Both the position numbers and the translations under genes were made by a program. A DNA stretch of 32,000 bases from an uncultured Actinomycetes bacterium (lineage in GTDB: Bacteria > Actinomycetota > Actinomycetes > S36-B12 > CAIYMF01): assembly GCA_963843975.1 (NCBI GenBank), contig CAWJMG010000003.1, positions 1,950,001-1,982,000 on the forward strand, given 5' to 3'. Below are positions 8,336 through 15,854 of the stretch, piece by piece. The notes beneath the pieces are model-generated. The model worked only from the letters and a program-made list of their open reading frames with translations, was not told where the DNA came from and made no database searches. Position 1 is the stretch's first letter, and each line of letters begins with the position of its first letter.

Positions 8336-10135
8336 ATGACCCTGAGCAGCATCGAGCCCGACGCCCCCGCGGACGTCGAGGCCCACGCCCCCGCAGAGCC
8401 CAAGACCTTCGCCGAGCTCGGCGTCCACCCCGCGACCGTCGAGGCCCTGGCTGCCGACGGCATCATCACGGCGTTCCCCATCCAGGAGCTCACGCTCCCC
8501 ATGGCCCTCGCCGGCACCGACATCATCGGCCAGGCCAAGACCGGCACCGGCAAGACCCTCGGCTTCGGCATCCCGGCCCTGCAGCGCCTCGTCGCGCCGG
8601 CCGACGAGGCCTTCGACGCCCAGGACGACAAGGTCAAGGGCAAGCCCCAGGCCCTCGTCATCGTCCCCACCCGCGAGCTCGGCATCCAGGTCGCGAGCGA
8701 CCTGCAGAAGGCCGGACGCATGCGCGGCGTGCGCGTCCTCTGCGTGTACGGCGGCCGTTCGTACGAGCCGCAGGTCGAGGCTCTGCAGAACGGCATCGAG
8801 GTCGTCGTCGGCACCCCCGGTCGCCTCATCGACCTCATGAAGCAGGGCCACCTGAAGCTCGGCCAGGTCAAGACCCTCGTGCTCGACGAGGCCGACGAGA
8901 TGCTCGACATGGGCTTCCTGCCCGACGTCGAGCGACTGGTCGCGCAGGTCTCGCCGGTGCGCCAGACGATGCTCTTCTCGGCCACCATGCCGGGCTCGAT
9001 CATCGCCCTCGCCCGCCGCTACATGAGCCAGCCCACGCACATCCGCGCGATCAACCCGGACGACGAGAACTCCACCGTCGACGCGATCGAGCAGCACGTG
9101 TGGCGCGCGCACAACCTCGACAAGCCCGAACTGCTCGGCCGCATCCTGCAGGCCGACGGCCGCGGCCTGACCATGATCTTCTGCCGCACCAAGCGCAACG
9201 CCCAGCGTGTGGCCGACGACCTCGTCGAGCGCGGCTTCGCCGCCGCCGCGGTGCACGGCGACCTCGGCCAGGGTGCGCGCGAGCAGGCGCTGCGCGCGTT
9301 CCGCAACGGCAAGGTCGACGTCCTCGTGGCCACCGACGTCGCCGCCCGCGGCATCGACGTCGCCGACGTCACCCACGTGATCAACTGGGAGTGCCCGGAG
9401 GACGAGAAGATGTACCTCCACCGCATCGGGCGCACCGGCCGCGCGGGCAACTCCGGCGTGGCCATCACGATGGTCGACTGGGACGACCTGCACCGCTGGA
9501 AGATGATCGCCCAGGCGCTCGGCCTCCCGTTCGAGGAGCCCATCGAGACCTACTCCTCCAGCCCGCACCTCTACACCGGCCTCGGCATCCCCGAGGGCAC
9601 CAAGGGCCGCCTGCCCAAGTCGGCGCGCACCCGCGAGGGCCTCGACGCCGAGGTGATCGAGGACCTCGGCGAGACCGGCGCCTCGGCCGGACGTCGCAAC
9701 AAGTCCGGCCCCAAGGGCCGGGACGACAAGCACGGCAAGGGTGGTCGCGACGGCCACAAGGACGGCAAGGACCGCTCGGACCGCGACAAGCCCAAGGCCG
9801 ACCGCGACCCGAGCCCCGAGGGCGCGGGCACGTCGGACGGCGACGCCGGCGAGGCCCGCGAGCCGCGTGCCCCGCGTCAGCGCCGCGAGCGCACCCGCAC
9901 CCGCGGCGGCTCGACCGGCGAGGGCTCGAGCGACGCCCCGAAGGCCGACCGCCCGCCGAAGGCCGACAAGCCCGCCGCGTCCGAGGGCGCGCCGTCGTCC
10001 GAGGCGAGCGACGCCGACAGCGGTGCCGAGGGCGGCGCCCCGCGCCGTCGCCGTCGCCGCGGTGGCCGCGGCCGCGGCAAGGCCGAAGGCGCCTCGACCG
10101 AGGGCGTGCCGAGCGAGACCGCGTCCGCCGAGTAG
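8336..10135 (+). CDS. DEAD-box ATP-dependent RNA helicase with a long basic low-complexity C-terminal tail
   Basis: Q-motif region FAELGV...GIITAFPIQE, motif I AKTGTGKT, Ia PTRELG, II DEAD (VLDEADEMLD), III SAT, V/VI ARGIDV and HRIGRTGRAG. I chose ATG 8336 (MTLSSIEPD...) because the ORF-track extension from 8168 is Pro/Ser-rich. The last ~190 aa are K/R/D/G/P-rich. Confidence 0.95.
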   Translation: MTLSSIEPDAPADVEAHAPAEPKTFAELGVHPATVEALAADGIITAFPIQELTLPMALAGTDIIGQAKTGTGKTLGFGIPALQRLVAPADEAFDAQDDKVKGKPQALVIVPTRELGIQVASDLQKAGRMRGVRVLCVYGGRSYEPQVEALQNGIEVVVGTPGRLIDLMKQGHLKLGQVKTLVLDEADEMLDMGFLPDVERLVAQVSPVRQTMLFSATMPGSIIALARRYMSQPTHIRAINPDDENSTVDAIEQHVWRAHNLDKPELLGRILQADGRGLTMIFCRTKRNAQRVADDLVERGFAAAAVHGDLGQGAREQALRAFRNGKVDVLVATDVAARGIDVADVTHVINWECPEDEKMYLHRIGRTGRAGNSGVAITMVDWDDLHRWKMIAQALGLPFEEPIETYSSSPHLYTGLGIPEGTKGRLPKSARTREGLDAEVIEDLGETGASAGRRNKSGPKGRDDKHGKGGRDGHKDGKDRSDRDKPKADRDPSPEGAGTSDGDAGEAREPRAPRQRRERTRTRGGSTGEGSSDAPKADRPPKADKPAASEGAPSSEASDADSGAEGGAPRRRRRRGGRGRGKAEGASTEGVPSETASAE

Positions 10136-10147
10136 TCATCCGTACGT

Positions 10148-10180
10148 CGAAGGCCCCCTCCCACCGGGAGGGGGCCTTCG
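10148..10180. terminator. bidirectional stem-loop between the convergent helicase and parA-like genes
   Basis: CGAAGGCCCCCTCCC-acc-GGGAGGGGGCCTTCG forms a perfect 15-bp GC-rich stem, 13 nt after the helicase TAG and 27 nt after the ParA stop. It is followed by TTCGTTCG on the plus strand. Confidence 0.7.
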
Positions 10181-10206
10181 TTCGTCCGGGTGGGCGGGCC
10201 GGCGAG

Positions 10207-10971
10207 TCAGCGAGTCAGATCGGCGTGCATGCGGGCGGCGTGGAGGCGGTAGGCCTCGGAGCCGCGCAGGTGCGGGGACGTCGCGAGCACCGACCGGCCC
10301 AGCGCCGGCGCCTCGGCGAAGCGGACCGACCGCGGCACCGGCGGCTCGAGAACGGGTACGTCGTACCGCGCGACGACGTCCGCGAGGACCGCGCGGGCGT
10401 GGCCGGTGCGGCCGTCGTACATCGTCGGGAGGATGCCGCTGATCCGCAGCCGCGGGTTGGTCGTGCGCATGACGTCGCGGACGGTCTCGACGAGCTGGCC
10501 CACGCCTCGGTGCGCGAGGGTCTCGCACTGCAGGGGCACGATCACCTCGTCGGCCGCGGTGAGTGCGTTGACCGTGAGGATGCCGAGGGTCGGCGGGCAG
10601 TCGAGCAGGATCCAGTCGTAGTGGCCGCGCAGCTCGGCGAGCGCGTCGTCGAGCGTGTGCTCGCGACGCCCGGTCGTGAGCAGCGTGGCCTCCGTGCGCG
10701 CGAGCTCGATCGTCGCGGGCAGCAGGTCGACGCCGTCCTCGGTGGCCGTGACGACCTCTCGCGCCCGCACCGTGCCGGCGAGCACGTCGTGGATCGACAG
10801 CGTGAGATCCTCCGGGTCGATGCCGAGGGAGAAGGTCAGGCAGGCCTGCGGGTCGAGGTCGACGAGCAGCACCTCGTCACCGAGGTCGGAGAGGGCGACG
10901 CCCAGGGACGCGACGGTCGTCGTCTTGCCGACGCCACCCTTCTGGCTCGCCACCGCGACGGTGCGTGTCAT
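10207..10971 (-). CDS. ParA/Soj-family ATPase (orphan, no adjacent parB)
   Basis: MTRTVAVASQKGGVGKTT deviant Walker A directly after ATG 10971, then VLLVDLDPQA and ILLDCPP (Walker B-like). The purine-rich SD GGAGGGAGGGG ends a few nt upstream. The ORF-track start at 11070 is an unsupported extension. Confidence 0.9.
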   Translation of the reverse strand: MTRTVAVASQKGGVGKTTTVASLGVALSDLGDEVLLVDLDPQACLTFSLGIDPEDLTLSIHDVLAGTVRAREVVTATEDGVDLLPATIELARTEATLLTTGRREHTLDDALAELRGHYDWILLDCPPTLGILTVNALTAADEVIVPLQCETLAHRGVGQLVETVRDVMRTTNPRLRISGILPTMYDGRTGHARAVLADVVARYDVPVLEPPVPRSVRFAEAPALGRSVLATSPHLRGSEAYRLHAARMHADLTR

Positions 10972-11060
10972 GTCCCCTCCCTCCGTCGATCCCCTGCGCC
11001 TCGCGGCGCTCGCGTGCCCGGTCGGTGCTGGGTCCGCTGTCGGACCGTAGTCTGCCGCCT

Positions 11061-11933
11061 GTGAGCACACCGCCGTTCCTCGACCTGCCGCAGTCGGCCC
11101 GCAGGCTCGAGCTGCCGACCAGCCGCGGCCCGCTGACGGGGTGGCGCATCGACCCCGAGCCGGGCGCCGCCCACCGCGGCACCGTGCTCCTCGTCCCGGG
11201 CTTCACGGGCTCGAAGGAGGACTTCGTCGCCGTCCTCGAGCCTCTCGCGCACCACGGCTGGGCCGTCGTCAGCTACGACCAGCGTGGCCAGTACGAGTCG
11301 GCCGGCCCGGACGACGAGGCGGCGTACACCCTCACCTCGCTCGCCCAGGACCTGCTCGAGGTCGTGCAGGGGCTCGAGGAGCCGGTGCACCTCGTGGGGC
11401 ACTCCTTCGGCGGGCTCGTCTCTCGCGAGGCCGTGCTGGCCTCGGGCGGCGGGCCGTTCAGCTCGCTCACCCTGCTCTGCTCGGGGCCGTCCGGTCTCCC
11501 CCCGCAGCACCACGACGGCCTCGGCGCCCTGCACGCGGCGCTGCCGCACGTGCCGCTGTCGGTGATCTTCGACGTCCGCGAGTCGCAGGACCGCGAGGCA
11601 GGCATCCCCGCTCCACCGCCGGACGTCGCCGAGTTCCTGCGCCAGCGCTTCGTCGCGAACAACCCGTACCAGCTGCGGGCGGCCGCCGGCATCCTGCTCG
11701 ACACCCCGGACCGCACCGACGAGCTCGCGGCGCTCGCGCGCGACGGCCACCTGAAGGTCGCGGTCGTCTACGGACCGGACGACGACGCCTGGAGCACCGA
11801 TGAGCAGGAGCGCGTCGCCGCAGCTGTCGGCGCCCGGGTCGTCGTGGTGCCCGACACCGGCCACTCGCCCGCCGCCGAGGCTCCGCACGAGACGGCCGCC
11901 GCCCTCGACGCCCTGCTCAGCGACCTGGCCTAG
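11061..11933 (+). CDS. alpha/beta-fold hydrolase
   Basis: VLLVPGFTGSKEDF, nucleophile elbow HLVGHSFGGLV and C-terminal VPDTGHSPAAE. I chose GTG 11061 (VSTPPFLDLP...) because the ORF-track start at 10965 would overlap the parA-like start region. Confidence 0.8.
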   Translation: MSTPPFLDLPQSARRLELPTSRGPLTGWRIDPEPGAAHRGTVLLVPGFTGSKEDFVAVLEPLAHHGWAVVSYDQRGQYESAGPDDEAAYTLTSLAQDLLEVVQGLEEPVHLVGHSFGGLVSREAVLASGGGPFSSLTLLCSGPSGLPPQHHDGLGALHAALPHVPLSVIFDVRESQDREAGIPAPPPDVAEFLRQRFVANNPYQLRAAAGILLDTPDRTDELAALARDGHLKVAVVYGPDDDAWSTDEQERVAAAVGARVVVVPDTGHSPAAEAPHETAAALDALLSDLA

Positions 11934-11945
11934 ACCGGGTCTCGC

Positions 11946-12848
11946 CTAGTCGGAGTCGGCGAGGCCAGACCAGGGCGCGACCTCGGCCGACGCGTCGCGG
12001 CCGCTCGGGCACCAGCGGCGGTAGTCGCACCAGGAGCACGACGGGCCCGGGTTCGGCGGGAAGTGCGCGTCGATCGCCTCGACCGCATCGGCGTCGCCGG
12101 CCGCGGCGTCCTCGGCCCGCGATGCGAGGCGGTCCTTCCACACGGACTCTGCGGCGCTCGCCTCGACCGCGATCTCGCTCGCGCGGGTCAGGTGGCGCTC
12201 GATCGACTCCGGCGTGTGGTCGTGCGCCGCAACGGTTCCCGTCGGCAGGTGGTGCAGCTCGACCCGGCGCGACCGCCGTCGCAGGGTCCGGCTCGCGCCC
12301 ACGACGTACACCGCGAGCGCGAGCGAGGAGCGGGCGTCGTCGTCGGTGAGCGGGCGGCGTCCGGTCTTGTAGTCGACGATCACGAGCTCGTCGCCGCCGT
12401 CGTCGCTCGCACGCCGGTCGATGCGGTCGACGCGGCCCGACAGCGCCATGCCGTGCGTCGTCGTCGAGACGGTCCGCTCGACCCCCGCGGGCTCGTCCTC
12501 CGGATCGAGGTGGGCGACGTACGCCTCGGTCATCGCCGCGGCGCGAGCCCTCCACTCGCCGATCTGGGCGTCGTCGCGGAAGCCGTCGGTGAGGAAGTTG
12601 CGGGTGACGAGATCGGTCGCCGCTCCCGTCGTACGGCGCTCCACGGGCAGCAGCCACCAGTCGCGCAGCGCGTTGTGCACCGACGACCCGACGCTGTTGT
12701 GCGCCCACGGCAGGCCCTTGGGCTTGCGGTCGAGATAGGTGAAGCGGAAGCGGCGCGGGCAGCCGAGCCAGGTGTCGAGCTTGGTCGGGGTGCACGACCA
12801 CAACCGCGTGGGCATGCCGTCGAAGGTCAGCGCACCGTCGTCGCTCAT
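11946..12848 (-). CDS. PD-(D/E)XK nuclease, RecB/Cas4-like, with a Cys4 (Fe-S type) arrangement
   Basis: 300 aa. Catalytic-type motifs GRVDRIDRR...LVIVDYKTGR (D...D/E-x-K). N-terminal Cys (WSCTP, LGCP) plus C-terminal C-x2-C-x5-C (CSWCDYRRWC), as in AddB/Cas4 nucleases. The start is 13 nt downstream of the marC stop. Confidence 0.8.
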   Translation of the reverse strand: MSDDGALTFDGMPTRLWSCTPTKLDTWLGCPRRFRFTYLDRKPKGLPWAHNSVGSSVHNALRDWWLLPVERRTTGAATDLVTRNFLTDGFRDDAQIGEWRARAAAMTEAYVAHLDPEDEPAGVERTVSTTTHGMALSGRVDRIDRRASDDGGDELVIVDYKTGRRPLTDDDARSSLALAVYVVGASRTLRRRSRRVELHHLPTGTVAAHDHTPESIERHLTRASEIAVEASAAESVWKDRLASRAEDAAAGDADAVEAIDAHFPPNPGPSCSWCDYRRWCPSGRDASAEVAPWSGLADSD

Positions 12849-12861
12849 GCGCAGCGCTCGC

Positions 12862-13482
12862 TCATGACCCGTGGGCCGCGATGAAGCCGAACACGCCGTC
12901 GGCGATCAGCTGCACGGCGATGGCCGCGACGAGCAGGCCCGCGATGCGGGTGAGCACGAGGATTCCCGTCGGCTTCAGGATGCGGGCCAGCACGACGGAG
13001 TAGCGCATGAACAGGTAGATGGTCACGTGGATCGCGACGATGCCGAGGATGAGCGCGACCACCTCGGCGGTGGTGTCGGACTGCCGCACGAACAGGATCG
13101 TCGCGACGATCGCGCCCGGGCCTGCGAGCAGCGGCGTGCCCAGCGGCACCATCGCGACGTTGACGTCGTCGACCTCGGTGGGCTCGTCCGTCTTACCCGT
13201 CAGCAGCTCCAGGGCGATGATCAGGAGCAGGAGGCCGCCGGAGGCCTGCAGCGCCGGCAGCGAGATCCCGAGGAACGACAGGATCCGCTCGCCGAAGAGC
13301 GCGAAGAGGGTGATGACGCCGAACGCGGTGAGCGCTGCCTGCGCGGCGAGCTTGGCCATCGCGGCCTTGCCGCGTCGTGCGGTGAGCGCCAGGAAGATCG
13401 GGATGATTCCGGGCGGGTCCATGATCACGAACAGCGTGAGATAGACCGAGCCCAGCAACCTCAGGTCCAACCACGACGACAC
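12862..13482 (-). CDS. MarC-family (UPF0056) integral membrane protein
   Basis: 206 aa with six hydrophobic segments and the family-typical N-terminus LTLFVIMDPPGIIPIFLALT. GTG start at 13482. Confidence 0.85.
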   Translation of the reverse strand: MSSWLDLRLLGSVYLTLFVIMDPPGIIPIFLALTARRGKAAMAKLAAQAALTAFGVITLFALFGERILSFLGISLPALQASGGLLLLIIALELLTGKTDEPTEVDDVNVAMVPLGTPLLAGPGAIVATILFVRQSDTTAEVVALILGIVAIHVTIYLFMRYSVVLARILKPTGILVLTRIAGLLVAAIAVQLIADGVFGFIAAHGS

Positions 13483-13488
13483 CCGGCA

Positions 13489-13494
13489 ACTCTA
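13489..13494 (-). promoter_or_regulatory. candidate -10 hexamer TAGAGT, 6 nt upstream of the marC GTG (leaderless-type)
   Basis: The minus strand reads TAGAGT-TGCCGG-GTG with no SD. The IS30 left end begins 12 nt further upstream. Confidence 0.3.
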
Positions 13495-13506
13495 GGACCA
13501 CCCCTT

Positions 13507-13529
13507 CGCTCGAACTGATCAATCCGTCG
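13507..13529 (+). repeat. IS30 left terminal inverted repeat
   Basis: See the element entry. The core ACTGATCAATCCGTCG is at 13514-13529. Confidence 0.7.
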
Positions 13530-13601
13530 CTACCCGGCGCGGGAAACGTCGGCGTTCTCAACTGGTAGTTGCACGTGGTCTTGTGCAGCTTGGAGGTTGG
13601 G

Positions 13602-14648
13602 ATGCCTGGAGCGAGGTTGACCGAGCACGACCGTGGGGTGATCGAGCGGGCCATGCGGCAGGGGTTGTCTGTGCCGCAGATCGCCGAACTGGTGGGCAAG
13701 CACCGCACCACCGTGGCGCGTGAGTTGTCGCAAGGCTCTGGGTCGCGCCCCAATCGCAGGCCCAAGCATCCGGCGGGGTCGGCGCGCCGCGGGACCCGAG
13801 GACGCTCTGCGGTCTATCACGCCTGGGTCGCTCAGGCCCGGGCCACGGAGTCGGCTCGGCGGCCGAAGGGTTTCAAGCTCGCCGGGGACCTGGGGCTGGT
13901 GGTGTCGGGGCTGCTTCAGGCGAACTGGTCCCCGCAGCAGATTGCCCAGCGGTTGCCCGAGCTCTATCCCGACCAGGACGGTATGAGGGTGAGCCACGAG
14001 ACGATCTATCGGTCACTGTTCGTGCAGGCTCGCGGCGAGCTTCGCCGCGAGCTGGCCAAGCATCTGCGCACCGGGCGGACCAGCCGCAAGCCGCAGGGAC
14101 GTAAGGAGACCCGCGGCAAGCTGGTCGGCACCATCCCGATCAGCGCTCGGCCGGCTGAGGCCGCTGACCGTGCCGTTCCGGGCCATTGGGAGGGCGACCT
14201 GCTGATGGGCGGGATCGGCAAGGGCGCTGTGATCACTCTGGTCGAGCGGTCGACCAGGTTCGTGCTGCTCGCTCCGCTGCCCGACACCCACAAGGCGATC
14301 GACCTCCAAGAGGTCCTCACCCCGCTGATCGCCTCACTGCCCGACCAGATCCGCAAGACCCTGACCTGGGACCGGGGCAAGGAGATGGCCCAGCACGCGG
14401 CGATCGCCATCGAAGCGGACATCGACATCTACTTCGCCGACCCGCACTCACCCTGGCAACGAGGCAGCAACGAGAACACCAACGGGCTGCTGCGTCAGTA
14501 CTGGCCCAAGGGCGCCGACATGCGCGGACTGACCCAGGCCGACTGCGACGCCGTCGCCCCCAGCCTCAACACCCGACCGCGCATGACCCTGGACTGGAAG
14601 ACTCCCCGCGAGGCCCTCACCGAGGTCCTCGGTGCAACAGCCGCTTGA
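13602..14648 (+). CDS. IS30-family DDE transposase
   Basis: 348 aa. N-terminal HTH (LSVPQIAELVGKHRTTVAREL) and catalytic region HWEGDLL...TWDRGKEM...WQRGSNENTNGLLRQYWPKG (D, D, E) characteristic of IS30. ATG 13602 is preceded by GGAGG (13592-13596). Confidence 0.92.
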   Translation: MPGARLTEHDRGVIERAMRQGLSVPQIAELVGKHRTTVARELSQGSGSRPNRRPKHPAGSARRGTRGRSAVYHAWVAQARATESARRPKGFKLAGDLGLVVSGLLQANWSPQQIAQRLPELYPDQDGMRVSHETIYRSLFVQARGELRRELAKHLRTGRTSRKPQGRKETRGKLVGTIPISARPAEAADRAVPGHWEGDLLMGGIGKGAVITLVERSTRFVLLAPLPDTHKAIDLQEVLTPLIASLPDQIRKTLTWDRGKEMAQHAAIAIEADIDIYFADPHSPWQRGSNENTNGLLRQYWPKGADMRGLTQADCDAVAPSLNTRPRMTLDWKTPREALTEVLGATAA

Positions 14649-14654
14649 GACCGC

Positions 14655-14677
14655 CGACGGATTCATCAGTGTCAGCG
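14655..14677 (-). repeat. IS30 right terminal inverted repeat
   Basis: See the element entry. It ends 6 nt from the stop codon (14684-14686) of the neighbouring minus-strand gene. Confidence 0.7.
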
Positions 14678-14683
14678 TGGCGG

Positions 14684-15310
14684 CTACAAGGTGAGGCGCG
14701 GGGTCAGGGCGCTCACGGGCACCTCGCCGAGGCGGGTGCGCACGTCGACGACACGCAGGTCGTGCAGCGCCAGGTTGTCGTGCACGACCATCCACTCGGT
14801 CACGGGCCACGTGATGATCCAGAGCCAGCAGCCGTAGGCCTCGCCGACGTACGCCGACCGGTCGGACACGGGCAGCGCCCACAGCGACGTCGGGTGGCCG
14901 CCCGCGGTCACCGAGGTGTCGCGCGGGATGCCGGTGATCTCCGGGCCCGGGTCGGTGCCGTCGATGCCGGCGTACTGCGCTCCGAGGCCGACACCGGGCT
15001 CCTCGGCCACGATCACCATCTCGGCCGTGCGGGCAGCGAGCCCAGGGCCGGCGTACGACACCGCGACCGCGCGCGCCTGCCCGGTGCCGCCGGTGCGGCG
15101 TACGCCGGAGACCGACCACCCGCTAGGCAGCGGGAGCGGAAGCCACACGGGCACGGCGGACGACGAGGCGACGTCGGACAGGTGGTAGTGCTCGGCTGGG
15201 AGCGGTGCATGCAGCGGCTCGACCGAGCCGTGGGTGGGGCAGTGCCAGGTGGGGATGTCGACGGTCAGCCCCACCGGGCCGCCGCACCTCACGCAGACGG
15301 GTTCGGGCAT
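14684..15310 (-). CDS. conserved hypothetical protein with an N-terminal zinc-ribbon-like C-x2-C...C-x2-H motif
   Basis: 208 aa of normal composition, starting MPEPVCVRCGGPVGLTVDIPTWHCPTHG. The remainder is Trp/Gly-rich (GCWLWIITWPVTEW). I could not name a family with certainty. Confidence 0.65.
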   Translation of the reverse strand: MPEPVCVRCGGPVGLTVDIPTWHCPTHGSVEPLHAPLPAEHYHLSDVASSSAVPVWLPLPLPSGWSVSGVRRTGGTGQARAVAVSYAGPGLAARTAEMVIVAEEPGVGLGAQYAGIDGTDPGPEITGIPRDTSVTAGGHPTSLWALPVSDRSAYVGEAYGCWLWIITWPVTEWMVVHDNLALHDLRVVDVRTRLGEVPVSALTPRLTL

Positions 15311-15403
15311 CGACGCCCCTTCCGCACGGCCGCCGACCGGGCACCGACGGCCTCCTGCGCAGCACGGTGGCCCCGTCGTCGCCCGGAGTCAACCGCCACA
15401 CTG

Positions 15404-15850
15404 GTGCTCGTGACCGACGAGACAGCACGGATCCCCTGCGTGGGCGGGGTCGTCGTCCACGGCGGCCGCATCCTGCTCGTGCAGCGCGGCCAGCAGCCGA
15501 GCATCGGGCTGTGGTCCATCCCGGGCGGTCGGCTCGAGAGCGGTGAGACGCCCGAGGACGGGTGCGCGCGCGAGGTGCTCGAGGAGACGGGGCTCGAGGT
15601 CGCAGTCGTCGCGTTCGTCGGGCGCGTCGAGAGGGATGCGCCGGCCGGCGGCGTCTACGTGATCGACGACTACCTGTGCGCGCCCGCGGACGGCGACGAC
15701 CCGCTGCCTGCTGTCACCGCAGGGGACGACGCCGCCGACGCCCGCTGGTTCAGCCGTTGCGAGCTCGAGGTGCACGACGCCGCTGGGCTCGTCGCACCCG
15801 GCGTGCTGCACGTGCTGCGCGAGTGGCACGTGGTCGACGCCCTGACCTGA
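15404..15850 (+). CDS. Nudix hydrolase
   Basis: Nudix box GGRLESGETPEDGCAREVLEETGLEV (G-x5-E-x7-R-E-U-x-E-E-x-G-U). Only the last ~148 codons of the 554-aa ORF-track entry are plausible. The start is ambiguous (GTG 15404 or 15410) with no clear SD. Confidence 0.8.
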   Translation: MLVTDETARIPCVGGVVVHGGRILLVQRGQQPSIGLWSIPGGRLESGETPEDGCAREVLEETGLEVAVVAFVGRVERDAPAGGVYVIDDYLCAPADGDDPLPAVTAGDDAADARWFSRCELEVHDAAGLVAPGVLHVLREWHVVDALT

Positions 15851-15854
15851 GCAG

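Larger units (their letters stand above)
13507..14677 (+). mobile_element. IS30-family insertion sequence (about 1.17 kb), apparently intact
   Basis: A single transposase ORF is flanked by imperfect terminal inverted repeats: CGCTCGAACTGATCAATCCGTCG at 13507-13529, and the reverse complement of 14655-14677, CGCTGACACTGATGAATCCGTCG. That is 19/23 identical, with a 15/16 core at 13514-13529 / 14655-14670. GC looks lower than in the flanks. No target-site duplication was found. Confidence 0.85.

Noticed and set aside
9580-10135. The helicase tail region as a DNA tandem-repeat or VNTR locus.
   Set aside because: Apart from one 12-mer duplicated at 18-nt spacing, there is no regular repeat unit. 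The region is compositionally biased coding sequence, in frame with the helicase.
10207-10971. The ParA/Soj gene as a marker of an integrated plasmid or partition module.
   Set aside because: There is no parB, parS-like repeat, integrase or replication gene nearby. The flanking genes (DEAD-box helicase, ferritin-like, DUF3107, TetR) form what I recall as a conserved chromosomal neighbourhood in actinobacteria.
13504-14680. A target-site duplication flanking the IS30 element.
   Set aside because: The flanks do not match for either possible set of ends: CTT vs TGG for the 23-bp IRs, and CGA vs GTC for the 16-bp core. I therefore make no TSD claim, and the ends remain approximate.
14186-15403. 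The upstream ~400 codons of the 554-aa ORF that ends as the Nudix gene.
   Set aside because: This part runs antisense through the IS30 3' end and the Zn-ribbon gene with junk composition. Only the last ~148 codons carry the Nudix fold and Nudix box.
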